A stretch of DNA of 64,000 nt from Octopus sinensis (Eukaryota): assembly GCF_006345805.1 (NCBI RefSeq), contig NC_043004.1, positions 26,474,001-26,538,000 of the forward strand, in the 5' to 3' direction. Every line of letters begins with the position of its first letter. The stretch's first letter is position 1. Under the pieces are notes generated by a model. That model worked only from the letters and a program-made list of their open reading frames with translations. It was not told the origin of the DNA and made no database searches. This document shows positions 1 to 12,718 of the stretch, one piece after another. The translations under genes and the position numbers were made by a program.

Positions 1-238
1 AAACTGAAAAAAAAGCCGGTGCGCGTGTGTGTGTGTGGTGTGTGTGTGTGTGTGTGTGTGTATTGATTTGTTGTTTACGTCCTCGTAACATTAGCGGTTC
101 GCCAAAAAGAAACCGATAGAATAAGTACCAGGCTTTAAAAATATAAATACTGGGGTCGATTCATTCGACTAAAAGTTCTTCAAGGCGGTGTCCCAGCATG
201 GCCGCAGTCTAATGACTGAAACAGATAAAAGAAAAAAA
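1..238 (+). mobile_element. 3' half of tRNA-derived CORE-like SINE (family A)
   Basis: Shares tagcggttcg..gaccgatagaataagtac..ggggtcgat..ccagcatggccgcagtc..atgactgaaaca with the full copies at 30420, 36391 and 50683. Confidence 0.8.
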
Positions 239-636
239 GATGTGTGTATATTGTATATATTGTATGTTGCTTGGACGTCTACGACACTGCAAAGTTGGCG
301 CTCTAAACATGCTTTGTTATTGCCCTTGTACAGGGACATTCCAGAAGGATCTAGAATGGTTTATCACATGAAGTCTGGTTGATGATTAGTCCATAATTCG
401 GCTGCTCACGCAAACAAGGTGTTGCTACGCTGTGGTTTAAACTTCGCAGTCTGGCGACCTGGATTTGAGTCTTGCTACTGGCGTAATTTCGTTTTAAGTG
501 TATAAATTTTATACGGTTGTTGCGTGTGCATGTGCATATTCTGTGTGTGGTCGAGGAAGGGGTAGATCTGAAGGTAAGACTTTGTCTCATTATGTCTTTA
601 CCTTCTAAAAATAGTGGCTAAACTTTTTCATATTCT

Positions 637-975
637 GTCTAATCGGAGACCCTCTTCGGTCACGACACAGACCATGGGATTGCACCTAGAAAGTTACCCT
701 CTTAGACACAAGTCCGGGCGAGGTTGTTTATGGAAGACCAGCAGTCGCCCATGCATACCAGCCTCCCCTCTCCACGCCACCAGTGTTATCCCAGGGAAGG
801 ACAAAGGTCGATACAGCTTGGCACCAGTGACGTCGCAACTCATTTCTACAGCTGAGTGAACTGGAGCAACGTGAAATAAAGTGCCTTGCTCGAGAACACA
901 CCACGCAGCCCGGTCCTGGATTCGAGCTCACAACCTCACGATCGTAAGCTCGACGCTCTAACCACTGAGCCATGC
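637..975 (-). mobile_element. tRNA-derived SINE
   Basis: Minus strand starts gcatggctcagtggttagagcg (A box) ...gagctcgaatcc (B box), followed by the conserved SINE body tgttctcgagcaaggcactttatttcacgttgctccagttcactcagctgt. Confidence 0.75.
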
Positions 976-1277
976 TGAATAATAAAGGTGACATTGGACA
1001 GGAGGATAAAACAATCTCGAAAGGATAGGTGATGGTCATTGTTGGAGTAAGTTTGATGCTGGTGGAATGTTGAGTAGAGTTCAACATGAGCTACGTGATA
1101 GTATGATAACAACATTTATGATATTAATATCCACTAAAACACCTTGGTTGTTCGACGTGCTGGAAATGACAGTTAATTTCCCCTCATATCACACTTTAAC
1201 ATTTTACAAGGACTAATTGATATAGTCTCAAGTACTGAAGCGTATAAACATAATCCCCCTTCATCAGTTAAAGCTCA

Positions 1278-1362
1278 ACATCATCACCATCATCATCATC
1301 ATACCAGAGACACCTACGACGACGAAGACCACCACCACTACCACCACCATCACCACCATCAT

Positions 1363-1399
<37 letters not shown>

Positions 1400-1416
1400 G
1401 TTGCTGCTGCTGCTGT

Positions 1417-1474
<58 letters not shown>

Positions 1475-1490
1475 GCAGCTGCTGCTACTG
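1278..1490. repeat. Compound trinucleotide microsatellite (CAT/CAC/TAC/TGC)n
   Basis: Directly visible; explains the poly-Val ORF 1264..1584. Confidence 0.9.
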
Positions 1491-2256
1491 TTGTATATAA
1501 ATAAAAGTGAATGCCGAGTGAAGTAGTGAGGGAAAACGCAGTACGGAAGGTTAGGAGAAACAGTTCACTGACAGCAGACAACAACTTTACAAGAAAACGT
1601 AAACAAGTATGTTAACCTTGATTTATTTTGAACTCTCTCGCTCTCTCTCTCTCTTTCTCTCTCTCTCTCTATATATATATATTATATAATAAAATGTAAC
1701 AACAAAACTCAATATATATAATATGTATGTATGTCTGTAACGCTTACTGCTGTTTCAGGTGATTTGCCGAAATATTGATAGCAAACGCGCGCACGCACAC
1801 ACACTCACTCTCTCTCTCTCTTTCTCTCTCTTTCTCTCACCCACTCATGCACTGACGCATCTTGCGCAATATAACCGTCACGTGTGTATATATAATATAT
1901 ATATATATATTATATATATATATATATATATAATATATATATATATATTATGTCTTGAACGTATTAAGAATAAATGTGTATCGCGTGTGTGTGTGTGTGT
2001 GTGTATACATATATCGTTTAACGCCCGTTTTCCCATGTTGGTATAGCTGAACAGGGGACATATTTGAAACAGGATTTTGCAACCGAATGCTCTTCCTGCC
2101 CCCAACCCTTAAATATTTTACAAATAAGGTATTTGTTATTTCGAAGGCCATTCATAATTTCAAGGAGAAATATTAGCATATCTGGAAGTGTTGATATTCA
2201 CGCATAGTCCACACAATTCTTAATCTCACAACAAAGCATGTATCTCTCTTAAACTG

Positions 2257-2345
2257 GTTTTACTTGTTTCAGTCATTTGACTGCAGCCATACTGGGGCAC
2301 CGCCTTGAATTTTTGGTCGAATGAATCGATCCCAGTACTTATTTA
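2257..2345 (-). mobile_element. 3' fragment of SINE family A
   Basis: tacttgtttcagtcatttgactgcagccat..gcaccgcc is the reverse complement of the family A tail. Confidence 0.7.
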
Positions 2346-2669
2346 TTTATATATTTTTTAGCCCAGTATTTATACTATATTTCACTTAATTAACCCTGGT
2401 CGTGTTGATTCATTGTTTTTCTCTTTGCTTTCGTAAAAAAAGTATGTTTACCGTCATGGAGATTCTTATAGTAGTAAAAAGGAATTTTCAACTCCTTTTT
2501 CTAATTTCGGTATGTGGTGAAGCAGTTAGCTGAACCCTAATTATAATTATGTGGATAATTTTACCTATAAAGGTTATTTTAACGTACCGATCTACTTGGT
2601 AAAATTGTTAATTAATTGATTAATTAATTTGATTAATAAATTTTATCCTTCTATTATTAATTAAAAATG

Positions 2670-2705
<36 letters not shown>

Positions 2706-2899
2706 TTATATAAATAAGGATAAGATCATATCAAGTGGCTAGCATGGGAATAAAAACCTCATAAGTAATAATTATTAATAAAATTATAATAAAGGATATC
2801 TAAAAGATACCGCCAAGCTAGATATAGCAGTTAAAACTTTACTCTAAAACCACATCAAATATTCATACAGCACTAGGAGAGAAGACAAAGAGACAAAAT

Positions 2900-4600
2900 A
2901 AACTGGCATTTCATCTAATCTGCTCCTAATTAATTGGGTTATAACTCTTTCCGTAACTTTCAGCACCTGGTCCAAGGATTTGATACCTCTGTAATTGCTT
3001 CTAAGGCATTTCCCTTACACTTGTAGCAGCTTACAATAATGCCGTTGCACCAGCCAATGGGTATTACACCTTCCTGAATTACCTGATTAGCTATGCGGGT
3101 GACTAATCTGAATTCTACCTTACCAGATATTTTGAGCATCTCAACAGTGATTCCAGATGGATCAGGAGCTTTCCCTGTTTTCATATCTTTAATTGCCTAA
3201 TCTACCATACTGCTGTCTACTAGGATAGCTGGTCTCTCTGTTCGGTTCGCATGGAGGAGATTCCCTTTATCCTGTTCATTCTCCATATTCAATAGCCTTA
3301 TATAGTAATTCATTCGTGCCTCTTTCTTGTCCGCGTCACTAAGTGCAAGCATACCATTATCCATCTGCACACACTTCTCTCTCACAGTATCTCGATTCTC
3401 TCTAACACGCTGTCTAGTAATCCGGAAGACCTCAAGTCCCTGATCTTCATGCTGTAGGACATTGGCAAACGTCTTCCCTTCTGCTTCTGCCCTGATAAAC
3501 CTGGTGCCTAGCTTCCCTTTTAGCTTTCTGGTATAATTATTTGCTACCCTCTCTTTTCCATTTTTTCCACACTCATCCCTTCTTTTTTATGGCCCTGTCA
3601 ACGTCACTGTTCCATTACTATGTCATCCTTGGTCAAGTAGAGGCCTGACCACATATTTGGTCAGTCACCCGCAGTAGATTGTCCCGTAGGAACTTCCAGT
3701 CGTCGTTTAAGCCATATGTCTCTATCTCTTCCTCCTTCTCATCAAAGGCTTCATTAAGAATATCTCTAAAGCTCTGCCCATCTGAAGGATCCTTGAGCTT
3801 TCATAACCTTCTTTCTATATCGACTTGCATCTCTGGATCCTTCTGGTCCTAATCCTGAAGGCACTAACCACTAGCTTATGTTGAGTTGTACATTCTTCGC
3901 CCAGGACAGATTTCGTATTTACGGGCATACACTTGTCCCTGTGTTTGGTGAGGATGTAGTCAATCTGACTGGTGCGCCCACAGGATTGGTAATTGATCAG
4001 ATGGTTGGCCGGTTTCCTGAAGTTGATGTAGACCAGTAAACCACGAGTATCACAGAACTTCATCAGCCTTCTCCCTTCTTCATTTCTAGAGCCAAAGCCG
4101 TAGCCTCTTTGCGCACTTTGAAATCCTTCGATGTGTCTTCCAAAATGTTCATTAAATTCCCCTGTTACGATGTGAACGCCGTCATCTTTCATCGTTGAGG
4201 TAGTCCTCAGAAGAGATTCGTAGAAGTGGACCTTCTGAGTAATCTGCGAGTCCGGTGTGTGGAGCATATGCAGAGAAAACTGACATTGTTTCAGTAAACA
4301 AAGCTATTTTTAGCTTAATAATTCTATTACATACTCAGACTACCTCAATTACCTTATCCAACCATTACTCTGCTAGTAGAATACACACGCCACCTAAACC
4401 TCAATGTTGCCTACCCAGAAAAATTTGTATCTACGTCTTTTACTCGTAAGCAGTCTAGCTGAGGCTCCCCTCCATCGTACCTCTTGAACACAGCATATAT
4501 CTGCATATCTCCGCTCAAGCATTTCAACTATTTCATCAGCCTTACCCTTCATTGTATCAACGTTGACTGTAGCAGCTCTAACCTTGTGAAATTGAGGCGG
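2900..4600 (-). mobile_element. Degenerate RTE-clade LINE (APE endonuclease + start of RT)
   Basis: Fragmented ORFs carry APE motifs (IVTGEFNEHFG, FGSRNEEG, SQIDYIL, TQHKLVV) and the RT N-terminus (MKTGKAPDPSGITVEMLK, YKCKGNAL), with stops and frameshifts. Confidence 0.85.
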
Positions 4601-5727
4601 TTGGGGGATGTTTTCAGCTTCTGAAACGAAAAAGATCTTTGGAGTCGCATTCCTGGAAGCAGCGGGTCCTTGTGCTTGGTATGAATAACAATATTACGAT
4701 TGTAGTTTCAATTTCCTTTAGTCCCAAAAAACTGTTGTGAGTATGCACATACATTACAATTATTTGCACAGATATATGTCCATAGTCCTATGTACATGCT
4801 CATGGGTGGGAAAACAGATATAAACTAGCAGTATGTGCGCATCCGCTCGAGTTAGCATTACATAGGTGGCTGTGAGGGGTGAATAGGAGTTAAAAAAGGA
4901 TTTAGTTGATATCACACGACAAAATGTCCTTCCACGAAGTTTACTGGACTGAAAATGAAATTACTTGTCTATTAATAGAGATATATTCAATATCCATAAA
5001 GAGGGAATTAAACTTGACAGGAGTTGGAAGTTATTCGCCTATCGAATGAAAATAGAGAGATTACAACCATTCAACTAGATACGGAAAGAAAGGGAGAGAT
5101 AGAGCGTTTAACCGATGGCAAGCAGGGTGAAGGAAATCTTTTAGCAATTAAGCGATCACATAATTAAGGGCTGCAAAGGTCGAAGAAAAAGAAAAAGGAA
5201 AATATAATAGATAAAATAAATCAGTTTGCTTAGCTTATTGTTCCAGCATCGATCTTGTGTAAACAGGTCTCTACGAAGCACTTGCGCAGCATTGTAGGGG
5301 TTTTCTCGCGTATATGTACTCTGCCTATTCCAAGCAGTGTGATGTACATTCGATAAGGATGGGAGTGTGCTAAATTTCTATCTCTGTAGAATCTTAGTCG
5401 ATCAAATATGGGGGTCTATAAATACAAATGATCACGGCATCGTAGAATTTTAGAATTTGCCTTGCTATCCGAAAGGTTTGTAAGTTGATTAAATATCTAT
5501 TCTTCTCCATTCTTTCCTGTTTTCCTATGATACATAATATAATACACACAGACATATATAATATATACTATAATATACATATTATATATATATCTATATA
5601 TCCTATATGTGTGTGAGTGCGTGTATGTATGTATGTATGTATGTATGTATGTATGTATGTATGTATGTATGTATGTATGTATGTATGTATGTATGTATAG
5701 AGTGTTAGATGTGGTGTACAGAAACTG

Positions 5728-6010
5728 AATATTGAGAAAAAAGTCAGAATTTTGGAAAAATCTTTCTATTTCTTCATTGTTATTAGCGCTTTCGTTCGTT
5801 TCTCGAACTTGTCAAATAAAATTTTGTGAATGTACAAACAGCTTGTTCATTTATATAAGAGAAATGAGGGGGGGTTGGGGGGTAGAAGAAGAGAACATTG
5901 TTTTTGTTTTATATATCTGTTTTATAAAAATGAACAAGCTGTTTGTACATTCACAAAATTTTATTTGACAAGTTCGAAAACCAACGAAAGCGCTAATAAT
6001 ACTAAAGAAA
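5728..6010. mobile_element. Foldback MITE; the outer end of its right arm is displaced to 7286-7329
   Basis: ttattagcgctttcgtt..gaacttgtcaaataaaattttgtgaatgtacaaacagcttgttcattt is mirrored by aaatgaacaagctgtttgtacattcacaaaattttatttgacaagttc..aacgaaagcgctaataa. Confidence 0.8.
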
Positions 6011-6012
6011 TA

Positions 6013-6420
6013 TTAGGTTGTCCAGAAACTTATTGCGGTTTTTAATCTTTAAATTCAGATGCACATATCTTGCCTCAAACAAAACTTTATTAATCGAAAT
6101 AAAAACCATCAGAATCAACGCACTTTTACCAAAGCGAAACAAGTTTATTTATGCCAGTAGTGTAAACTTCCTGCGTTCTGGTGGCGATGAAGTCGTTGAA
6201 GGCGTGTTTGGCATCGTCTTGGTGTTTGAAGCATTTCTCACGCAGGAAGTTGTCGAGATGCTTGAAAAAGTGGTAGTCGGTAGGCGAGAGGTCTGGTGAG
6301 TATGGCGGATGAGGCAGAGTTTCGTAGCCCAATTCGTTCAACTTCTGTAGGGTCAGTTGTGTGACGTGCGGCGGAGCGTTGTCGTGGAGAAGAATTGGTC
6401 CTTTTCTATTGACCAATGCT
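6013..6420 (-). mobile_element. mariner (DD34D) transposon, 3' half with TIR
   Basis: ALVNRKGPILLHDNAPPH...LPHPPYSPDLSPTDYHFF; TIR ttaggttgtccagaaacttattgcgg preceded by TA. Confidence 0.9.
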
Positions 6421-6699
6421 CCTCCCACCTCCTTCCAAAAAGTTTGCCTACGAATTTCTTTGTAATCGTAATCTACACTGTTTGAGAGATATTTGTATAA
6501 AATTTTATTAAATTAATCTATAAGCGATTATTTGGTGAAAGTTTCGTTAAAAAGCATCCACTTTCTGGAAGTTATGAGGCAACAAAGTCGGTGGTGTGGT
6601 TATGCCTATTTTCAATAAAAGTTAACGTTAACTTCCGTTACATTTTCAAAGAATTAACGATTAAAAAAGCTAACTTTTCGATTAACGGTGCCTCCCTCC

Positions 6700-6735
<36 letters not shown>

Positions 6736-6741
<6 letters not shown>

Positions 6742-6975
6742 GGAACAGAGATCTAATGGATACAAAGTCATTTCTTAAATAATCAACCTATTCATATTGT
6801 TGGTGAATATGTTGATAGAATGTTTGATTTTCGACATAATATATTCATTGAAGAATTATCTTTTCAATGTTTAATATATAAAACCAGTGCATCTTGGATG
6901 AATATCCCTATAAGAGGTTTAAATATCCTCATTGTTGCTATATATATGTATAAATTCTGACGCCATTTTTTCTCA

Positions 6976-7017
<42 letters not shown>

Positions 7018-7250
7018 GGAACAGAGATCTAATGGATACAAAGTCATTTCTTAAATAATCAACCTATTCATATGTTGGTGAATATGTTGATAGAATGTTT
7101 GATTTTCGACATAATATATTCATTGAAGAATTATCTTTTCAATGTTTAATATATAAAACCAGTGCATCTTGGATGAATATCCCTATAAGAGGTTTAAATA
7201 TCCTCATTGTTGCTATATATATGTATAAATTCTGACGCCATTTTTTCTCA

Positions 7251-7255
<5 letters not shown>
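6736..7255. repeat. Near-identical ~245-nt tandem duplication separated by (TA)n
   Basis: agttagggaacagagatctaatgg...ttttttctcagtac occurs at ~6736-6980 and ~7012-7255. Confidence 0.85.
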
Positions 7256-7288
<33 letters not shown>

Positions 7289-7329
7289 TGAGAAAAATGG
7301 CGTCAGAATTTTGGAAAAAAAGTTTTTTA

Positions 7330-8213
7330 TTAGGTTGTCAAGAAAGTTCTTGCGGAATTTTTAATTTTGGTTTTAAATGATGTATTTTCAAATTAATTTT
7401 CGTTAAATTACTTTGACTTTATATATCATTTTAAAACCCGTTTTTCTGCTATATCTAATCGTGTTACGCTTTTTTTTTTTTTTGAATAATTAGGACATTT
7501 TTTCCGGAACATTGAATACAACATGGACAAAAAGCAAATTCGCACAATTTTCTTATTCTAGTTCAAGTTAAGCCGAAAAGCTTTTGAAACAGCTCGCGAT
7601 ATCAACGATGCGTTTGGCCCAGGAACCACTAATGAACGTACAGCACAATGGTGGTTCAAGAAATTTCGTAGCAGTGACGAGAGTCTTGAAGATGATAAGT
7701 TTAGTGGTCGGCCATCGGATGTTGACAGCGATCAACCAAAAGCCTTAGTCGAAGCCAATCCACGCACAGCTGTTCGAGAGCTTGCTTCTGAACTAGACGT
7801 AACATATACGACAATTTCCAACCACTTGAAAGAGATTGGAAAAGCAAAAATACTTGAGAAATGGGTGCCGCACGAATTGAACAACAACAACAAAAATTTA
7901 AAAAACGCCGTTTTGAAGTATCGTCTTTCCTTCTTTTACGTAACAAGAATGACCCGTTTCTCGACCGGATTGTGACTTGCGATGAAAAGTGGATTTTTTA
8001 CGACAACTGGCGACGCTCAGCTCAGTGGTTGGACGCCGATGAAGCTCCACGGCACTTCCCAAAGCCAAAGTTGCACCAAAAGAAAGTCATGACGACTATT
8101 GGTGGTCTGCGGCCGGTCTCATCCATCACAGCTTTTTGGATCCGGGCGAAACCATTACAGCGGAGAAGTACTGTCAGCAAATGTATGAAAAGCATAAGAA
8201 ACTCCGACAACAA
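7330..8213 (+). mobile_element. mariner transposon, 5' half with TIR (pseudogenised transposase)
   Basis: TIR ttaggttgtcaagaaagttcttgcgg after TA; ATG 7523 [58 protein letters not shown]. Confidence 0.9.
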
Positions 8214-8710
8214 AAGGAAAAAATTTTGAAATTTTTTTCAGTCCCACCATTCCCTCACCACCCCCAGTCCGAAATGATTTTGGCAACTTTAAAAATTTTT
8301 TCACAACCACTTAAAAGCTGTGAGAGAAACATTCGGTTTAAAAAAGAATTGTTAATAATTTCAGAGGAAAATGTGTGATTTAAGGGAGATCTGGTTGTTG
8401 TTTCTAGAACATCCCAAAACCTCTCTTCTCGTTTCTTTCTCATTCATACATCTATTGATATTTTTCAATATTTTCTCCCCCACCCACCCCATAAACAAAT
8501 TTTATGGAATAATGACGTTAAAGTAACACACATGTAATCCCATCCGAGCGAGGCTATGTTATGCATGTGTGTAAGAAAAAATACATCTAAAAACATCTTT
8601 AGTGTTCATATTAATCTGTCAAATGTAATGCTTATTTACTCACGTTATTGTGAATTATTCAGGTTCAAGAAGGGTGTCGACAATCTTTGCTTGTAACTTT
8701 TTAATCAATA

Positions 8711-9875
8711 TCTATAAAGCAGAAATGCGAAAAATTTGTTTGTCTCATTTTGGGATGGGAACGGTTTAAGGGCCGGTAGATGGGATCGGATTGGCTCCAA
8801 TATTTACAGGGACATGTAAAAAGAGGCGAGGAATTGAGTGGACTAGGTTAGAAACCCCTATCTCAAAAGCTATGGTTACTAGGGCAACAAAACCTACACT
8901 TTGACAAGTGTTTGTCGTTTCTCACTTTCGCATATCACCCTATCTTCCTCCGTCTCTCTCTTTTTTTCCTTCCCTCCACTTTCTCTCTATAACGACGTTT
9001 GACAGCTTCGCCGTCTCTCTTTCACTCTTTCTTCCACCACCACTATCACTGTATGTCTGTATCTATAGAGAGAAAGCGTTGACAGCCGCAAAAGTTTAAA
9101 TATTCCCGCCACAGGTCTGTTAGAACGGTGAATTATTACGTTGATACAAATTGGATTTTTATGTGAAAAGGGGTCTAAATGGGGCTGGAAGGGGATTAAA
9201 ATTTACAGGAGGGTGTGTTTAGGAATTCTCTGCTACATCAAGCTAAAAACTTTGCGCCAGCCTTTAAATCGTCAATGTATTGCCATCCGTCATGAAGAGG
9301 TTTTGAATGCCAGCCATAGGGAGTCTACTGTCGTGAGAAAGAATCACTTCAAAACTTGGTGTTTAGGAATTTTCTTTTACATCAAGTTCAAAATTTTGCG
9401 CCAGCCGTTAAACTACCAGTACGTTGCTGTCCGTCGTTAAGAAGTTTTGAATGCCAGCCATGGTGAGTCAACTATCCTCAGATTCTATCCCTTCAAACTT
9501 TGGTTTCCAATATTTTTTATTTTTATTCAGCTCGCAAGTTCGTCTGTCCCTTTTAAATGTTAGTGTTTTGCTGTCCGCCTTGAAGCAGACCTTTCCGTTG
9601 TCACTGCCTGATATTTATGATTGGTCTTTCAAAATATTTTCTTTCTCAACTTACTCAAGATCTTTTGTTGTTTATAAATGGGAGAGAGATAGATAGAGAG
9701 TAAGAGAAAGCGAGAGAGAGAGTCCGAGAGAAAGGAAGAGTAAGAGAGTGGGAAAGTGGGAGAGAAAGGAGAGAGAAACAAAGAGGGAGAATGTGTCGAT
9801 AAGAAACAGAAAGGAAGCAACAGAAAGTAACAACCACACCCTTACCCGCGCGTAGAGCGGGTTACGTTAAGCTAG
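8711..9875 (+). mobile_element. Non-autonomous Helitron 1
   Basis: 5' A|TCTATAAAG; 3' hairpin acccgc-gcgtaga-gcgggt (9844-9862) followed by CTAG|T. Confidence 0.7.
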
Positions 9876-10501
9876 TCTCTATATATAAAAGTGGCTTTGG
9901 GTCAAAATTGTGTGCACATTTTGCTACGTCAGAGGTTGGCGGCCAGGCCACTGGTCGGATCGAGCTGAAAATTGACACAGGCTTAGAAGGCGTGATGAGG
10001 CAGGGAATTGAGTAGGTTAAAACTCGCCATCTGGAAAGATGCGGTTGCTATGGTGAGAAGCGTGATTTTTATCAATTCAAGGGGGTTCTAAGCCTCTCCA
10101 GATTGGCGCGATTAGCATCTAACGTCCAACGGCATGCACTTTAGGCTGTTGTGCTTTATGATCGTGCATTTTGTCGCGAAATTCAGGTTACTAAGCAAAG
10201 ATTTTTCACTGTGAAAAAACGAGTGCTTTTTGCCCTCTTTTCTTTTAAATTTTTTTTCTGATCACATAGTAAGCCTTTTCAGGGAAAAAAATTACATCTG
10301 CATGTAGTCTACGTGAAATTTTACTGTTAAGGTCGAAAAAGTTTGAAAATTAAACAAATATGTTGAATTTTTCCTGGCACGTAACGCTTCAAATGACGTC
10401 ATCGCTGTGAGCTGCAAAAGCATTATCGATTTTTTTTTCACGGTTGTATAAATTTATGAAGCCAAAGCGCTAGCAAGCTCATGTAAGCTGCCGGTGACTA
10501 A
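9876..10501 (+). mobile_element. Non-autonomous Helitron 2
   Basis: Starts TCTCTATATATAAAAGTG; imperfect 3' hairpin cgctagcaagct..agctgccggtg followed by CTAA|T. Confidence 0.6.
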
Positions 10502-11435
10502 TCTTTTTATAAAAGTGAAAGGATTTTGTCTATTTATTTCTGCTGTCCACTTACGACGGTGATTCAACTGACTAGGAAAACTACGTATACGTGATGAATA
10601 TCCAATACCAAACTATCTTAATCTACATATTGAAACTGCATTAAACTATGGCAAGCTTACCTTTACCTATTCTGAGTTACTTGAAAGGTGATGTCCCCTT
10701 CCCTCTCTTCTGTTTGTTGATACCTTTTTTTACCTTTGATCCCGTTGTTTCACTTTAAGGGTGCTTCTTTACACATCCACTATGATATTTCAACTGCTGT
10801 CCATTGTTTCAAATACATTTCAGAATTGTCATTCTAGCTTTTTTTAAACACTCACATATGGATCGTCCCAAAGAATCAACCTTTAAATAAGAGTTTTGCT
10901 TCCACTAGCGAAAGCTATACGTATCTATCAGGAAGCTCCATACCAATTTAACTTTATGCAGCTTTCGTTGTTAGTTTATGTGCACGCTATGTGGGAAGAT
11001 AGAATGAAGGGGCTTTTGTTAGCTTTTCTCTCCGAAAAAAATAGTTCCCTTCCCTTTGCTGTTGAAAAAAATAAACTCGCAGAGGGGAAGTTACAACATT
11101 TTCCTTCAATTTCCTTACACCATTTATGTGGCTGTTTCTGACAATAAATTTCGCTTTCATGTAAAACAACTATATTTTGTAGTCATTATCTGTAATCTAC
11201 TCCCCAAACACTTCAGTAGCTCTTCTTTACATGGCTTGCAAACGTATATGTTCTATGATCATTAAAAGTGCAACGACCTCCACAATAACTAGCCTTCAAT
11301 TTGATTTTCCGTTCCTAGGTTAATCGGAAACAGCTTGCCGTGCTACACATAAACCTTCTCGGTAGTTCAATTATTTGGTGAAAAATATACCACGAAAGCA
11401 ACTTAAACCGTTCAAAGGACGGTTGCGTTTGCTAG
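10502..11435 (+). mobile_element. Non-autonomous Helitron 3
   Basis: Starts TCTTTTTATAAAAGTG; 3' hairpin aaccgt-tcaaagg-acggtt followed by CTAG|T at 11432-11436. Confidence 0.65.
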
Positions 11436-11769
11436 TTTTTTTACATACAGATTTGAAATTTTGTCAGTGAGTGCTTTATATATAACTGGTATATAGTTAT
11501 GTAATTTTAGCTGATCTTGCTGAGTAAATTTGATTTTTAAGGGCAGGTAAATTTAATTAACAGGTGTTAAATGCAATAAACACAAAAACTGAAATTCTTA
11601 ATGCACCTTACCTGTTTGATTTGTTACTAAAATTATCCCAGATGGCAACCGACAAAAATTTTGTGACTTTTCGAGATGAGGTACATTAATTTGAAAGAAT
11701 TAAAATTCAGGTATAACTCGTACAAGATTTTATTCTTTCGGTAAATATTTCGTACCTCGGTGTGGAATA

Positions 11770-11993
11770 AGTATGTTCTCATAAATGAAATATCTCCAGT
11801 ATTAAATAGGAAATATACATAGTAATCACACACCCATACCCACAGTTTATACTTATATACAGGTAGAATAGTTAGCGGGCTGTTATGTAAATAGATATAT
11901 ATATATATATGTGTGTGTGTATATGTGTATATGTATATGCACATGTATGTAGGCATATGGATATGAAAGTAAACAGATAGATATGGGTTATAT

Positions 11994-12026
<33 letters not shown>

Positions 12027-12392
12027 TGAAGACTAAAACACATGACCATATACACACACGCTTCACTTCACACAAGCACACATATGGAGACACACGTCCA
12101 CACATGGAGATACACATCCATATATACACAGTACATAATCACATACACACACACTCAGACATGCACACACAAGGAGACAGAGGTACACACACATGCAAAC
12201 ACAAACACACACATAAAAACATACAAACACATGAATATGCAGAATACATACATAGAAACGTATACACATACATATGTACATACGCACACACACATACATA
12301 CATGCATGTACACACTTGCATGCGAGCACACATACATGTGTATGCGCACACCTACTGACCTACACACATGCGAACAAACAAAAAGAACGCAG
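11770..12392 (+). repeat. CA/TA-rich interspersed repeat; inverted copy at ~54585-55400
   Basis: Shared blocks (aaataggaaatatac, ggtagaatagttag, ggagacacacgtccacac, gacatgcacacacaaggagacagagg, aacaaacaaaaagaacgcag) appear reverse-complemented at 54585-55400. Confidence 0.75.
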
Positions 12393-12564
12393 TTCTATAT
12401 TTAAGAGATAAGGAATTATCTACATTATTTACATCATTTACATTTGACGGATATTTGTCCTCATCTTGTTTGTTGTTAACACGCTTCGACTTATCTACCC
12501 TCCAGCCTTCATCAGGTGTCTTGGGGAAATTTCGAACTTGGGCTCTCATTCCTAAAAAAAGGGT

Positions 12565-12641
12565 GGGCTGCGGGCATATGTCGTAGTGGTTAAGAGCGCG
12601 GACTACTAACCCAAAGATTCGAGTTCGATTGTAAGCAGTGA

Positions 12642-12717
<76 letters not shown>
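12565..12717 (+). mobile_element. Short tRNA-derived SINE with (TAA)n tail
   Basis: gtcgtagtggttaagagcgcggactactaac..gagttcgatt (A and B boxes) followed by a long (TAA)n run; no intact cloverleaf. Confidence 0.6.

Positions 12718-12718
<1 letters not shown>

Noticed and set aside
250-580. Possible exon ending at AAG|GTAAGA (574)
   Set aside because: No recognisable peptide, acceptor or partner exon.
900-975. tRNA genes at SINE heads (also 12565, 38253, 39120-39189)
   Set aside because: A and B boxes are present, but there is no complete acceptor stem or terminator, and each continues into a SINE body.
1264-1584. Poly-Val ORF and the many YI/CV/HT/MYVC-repeat ORFs (e.g. 12026-12404, 18748-19090, 32147-32724, 54538-55330, 56081-56380)
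   Set aside because: Translations of (TAC)n, (TA)n, (CA)n and (TATG)n microsatellites; no coding signal.
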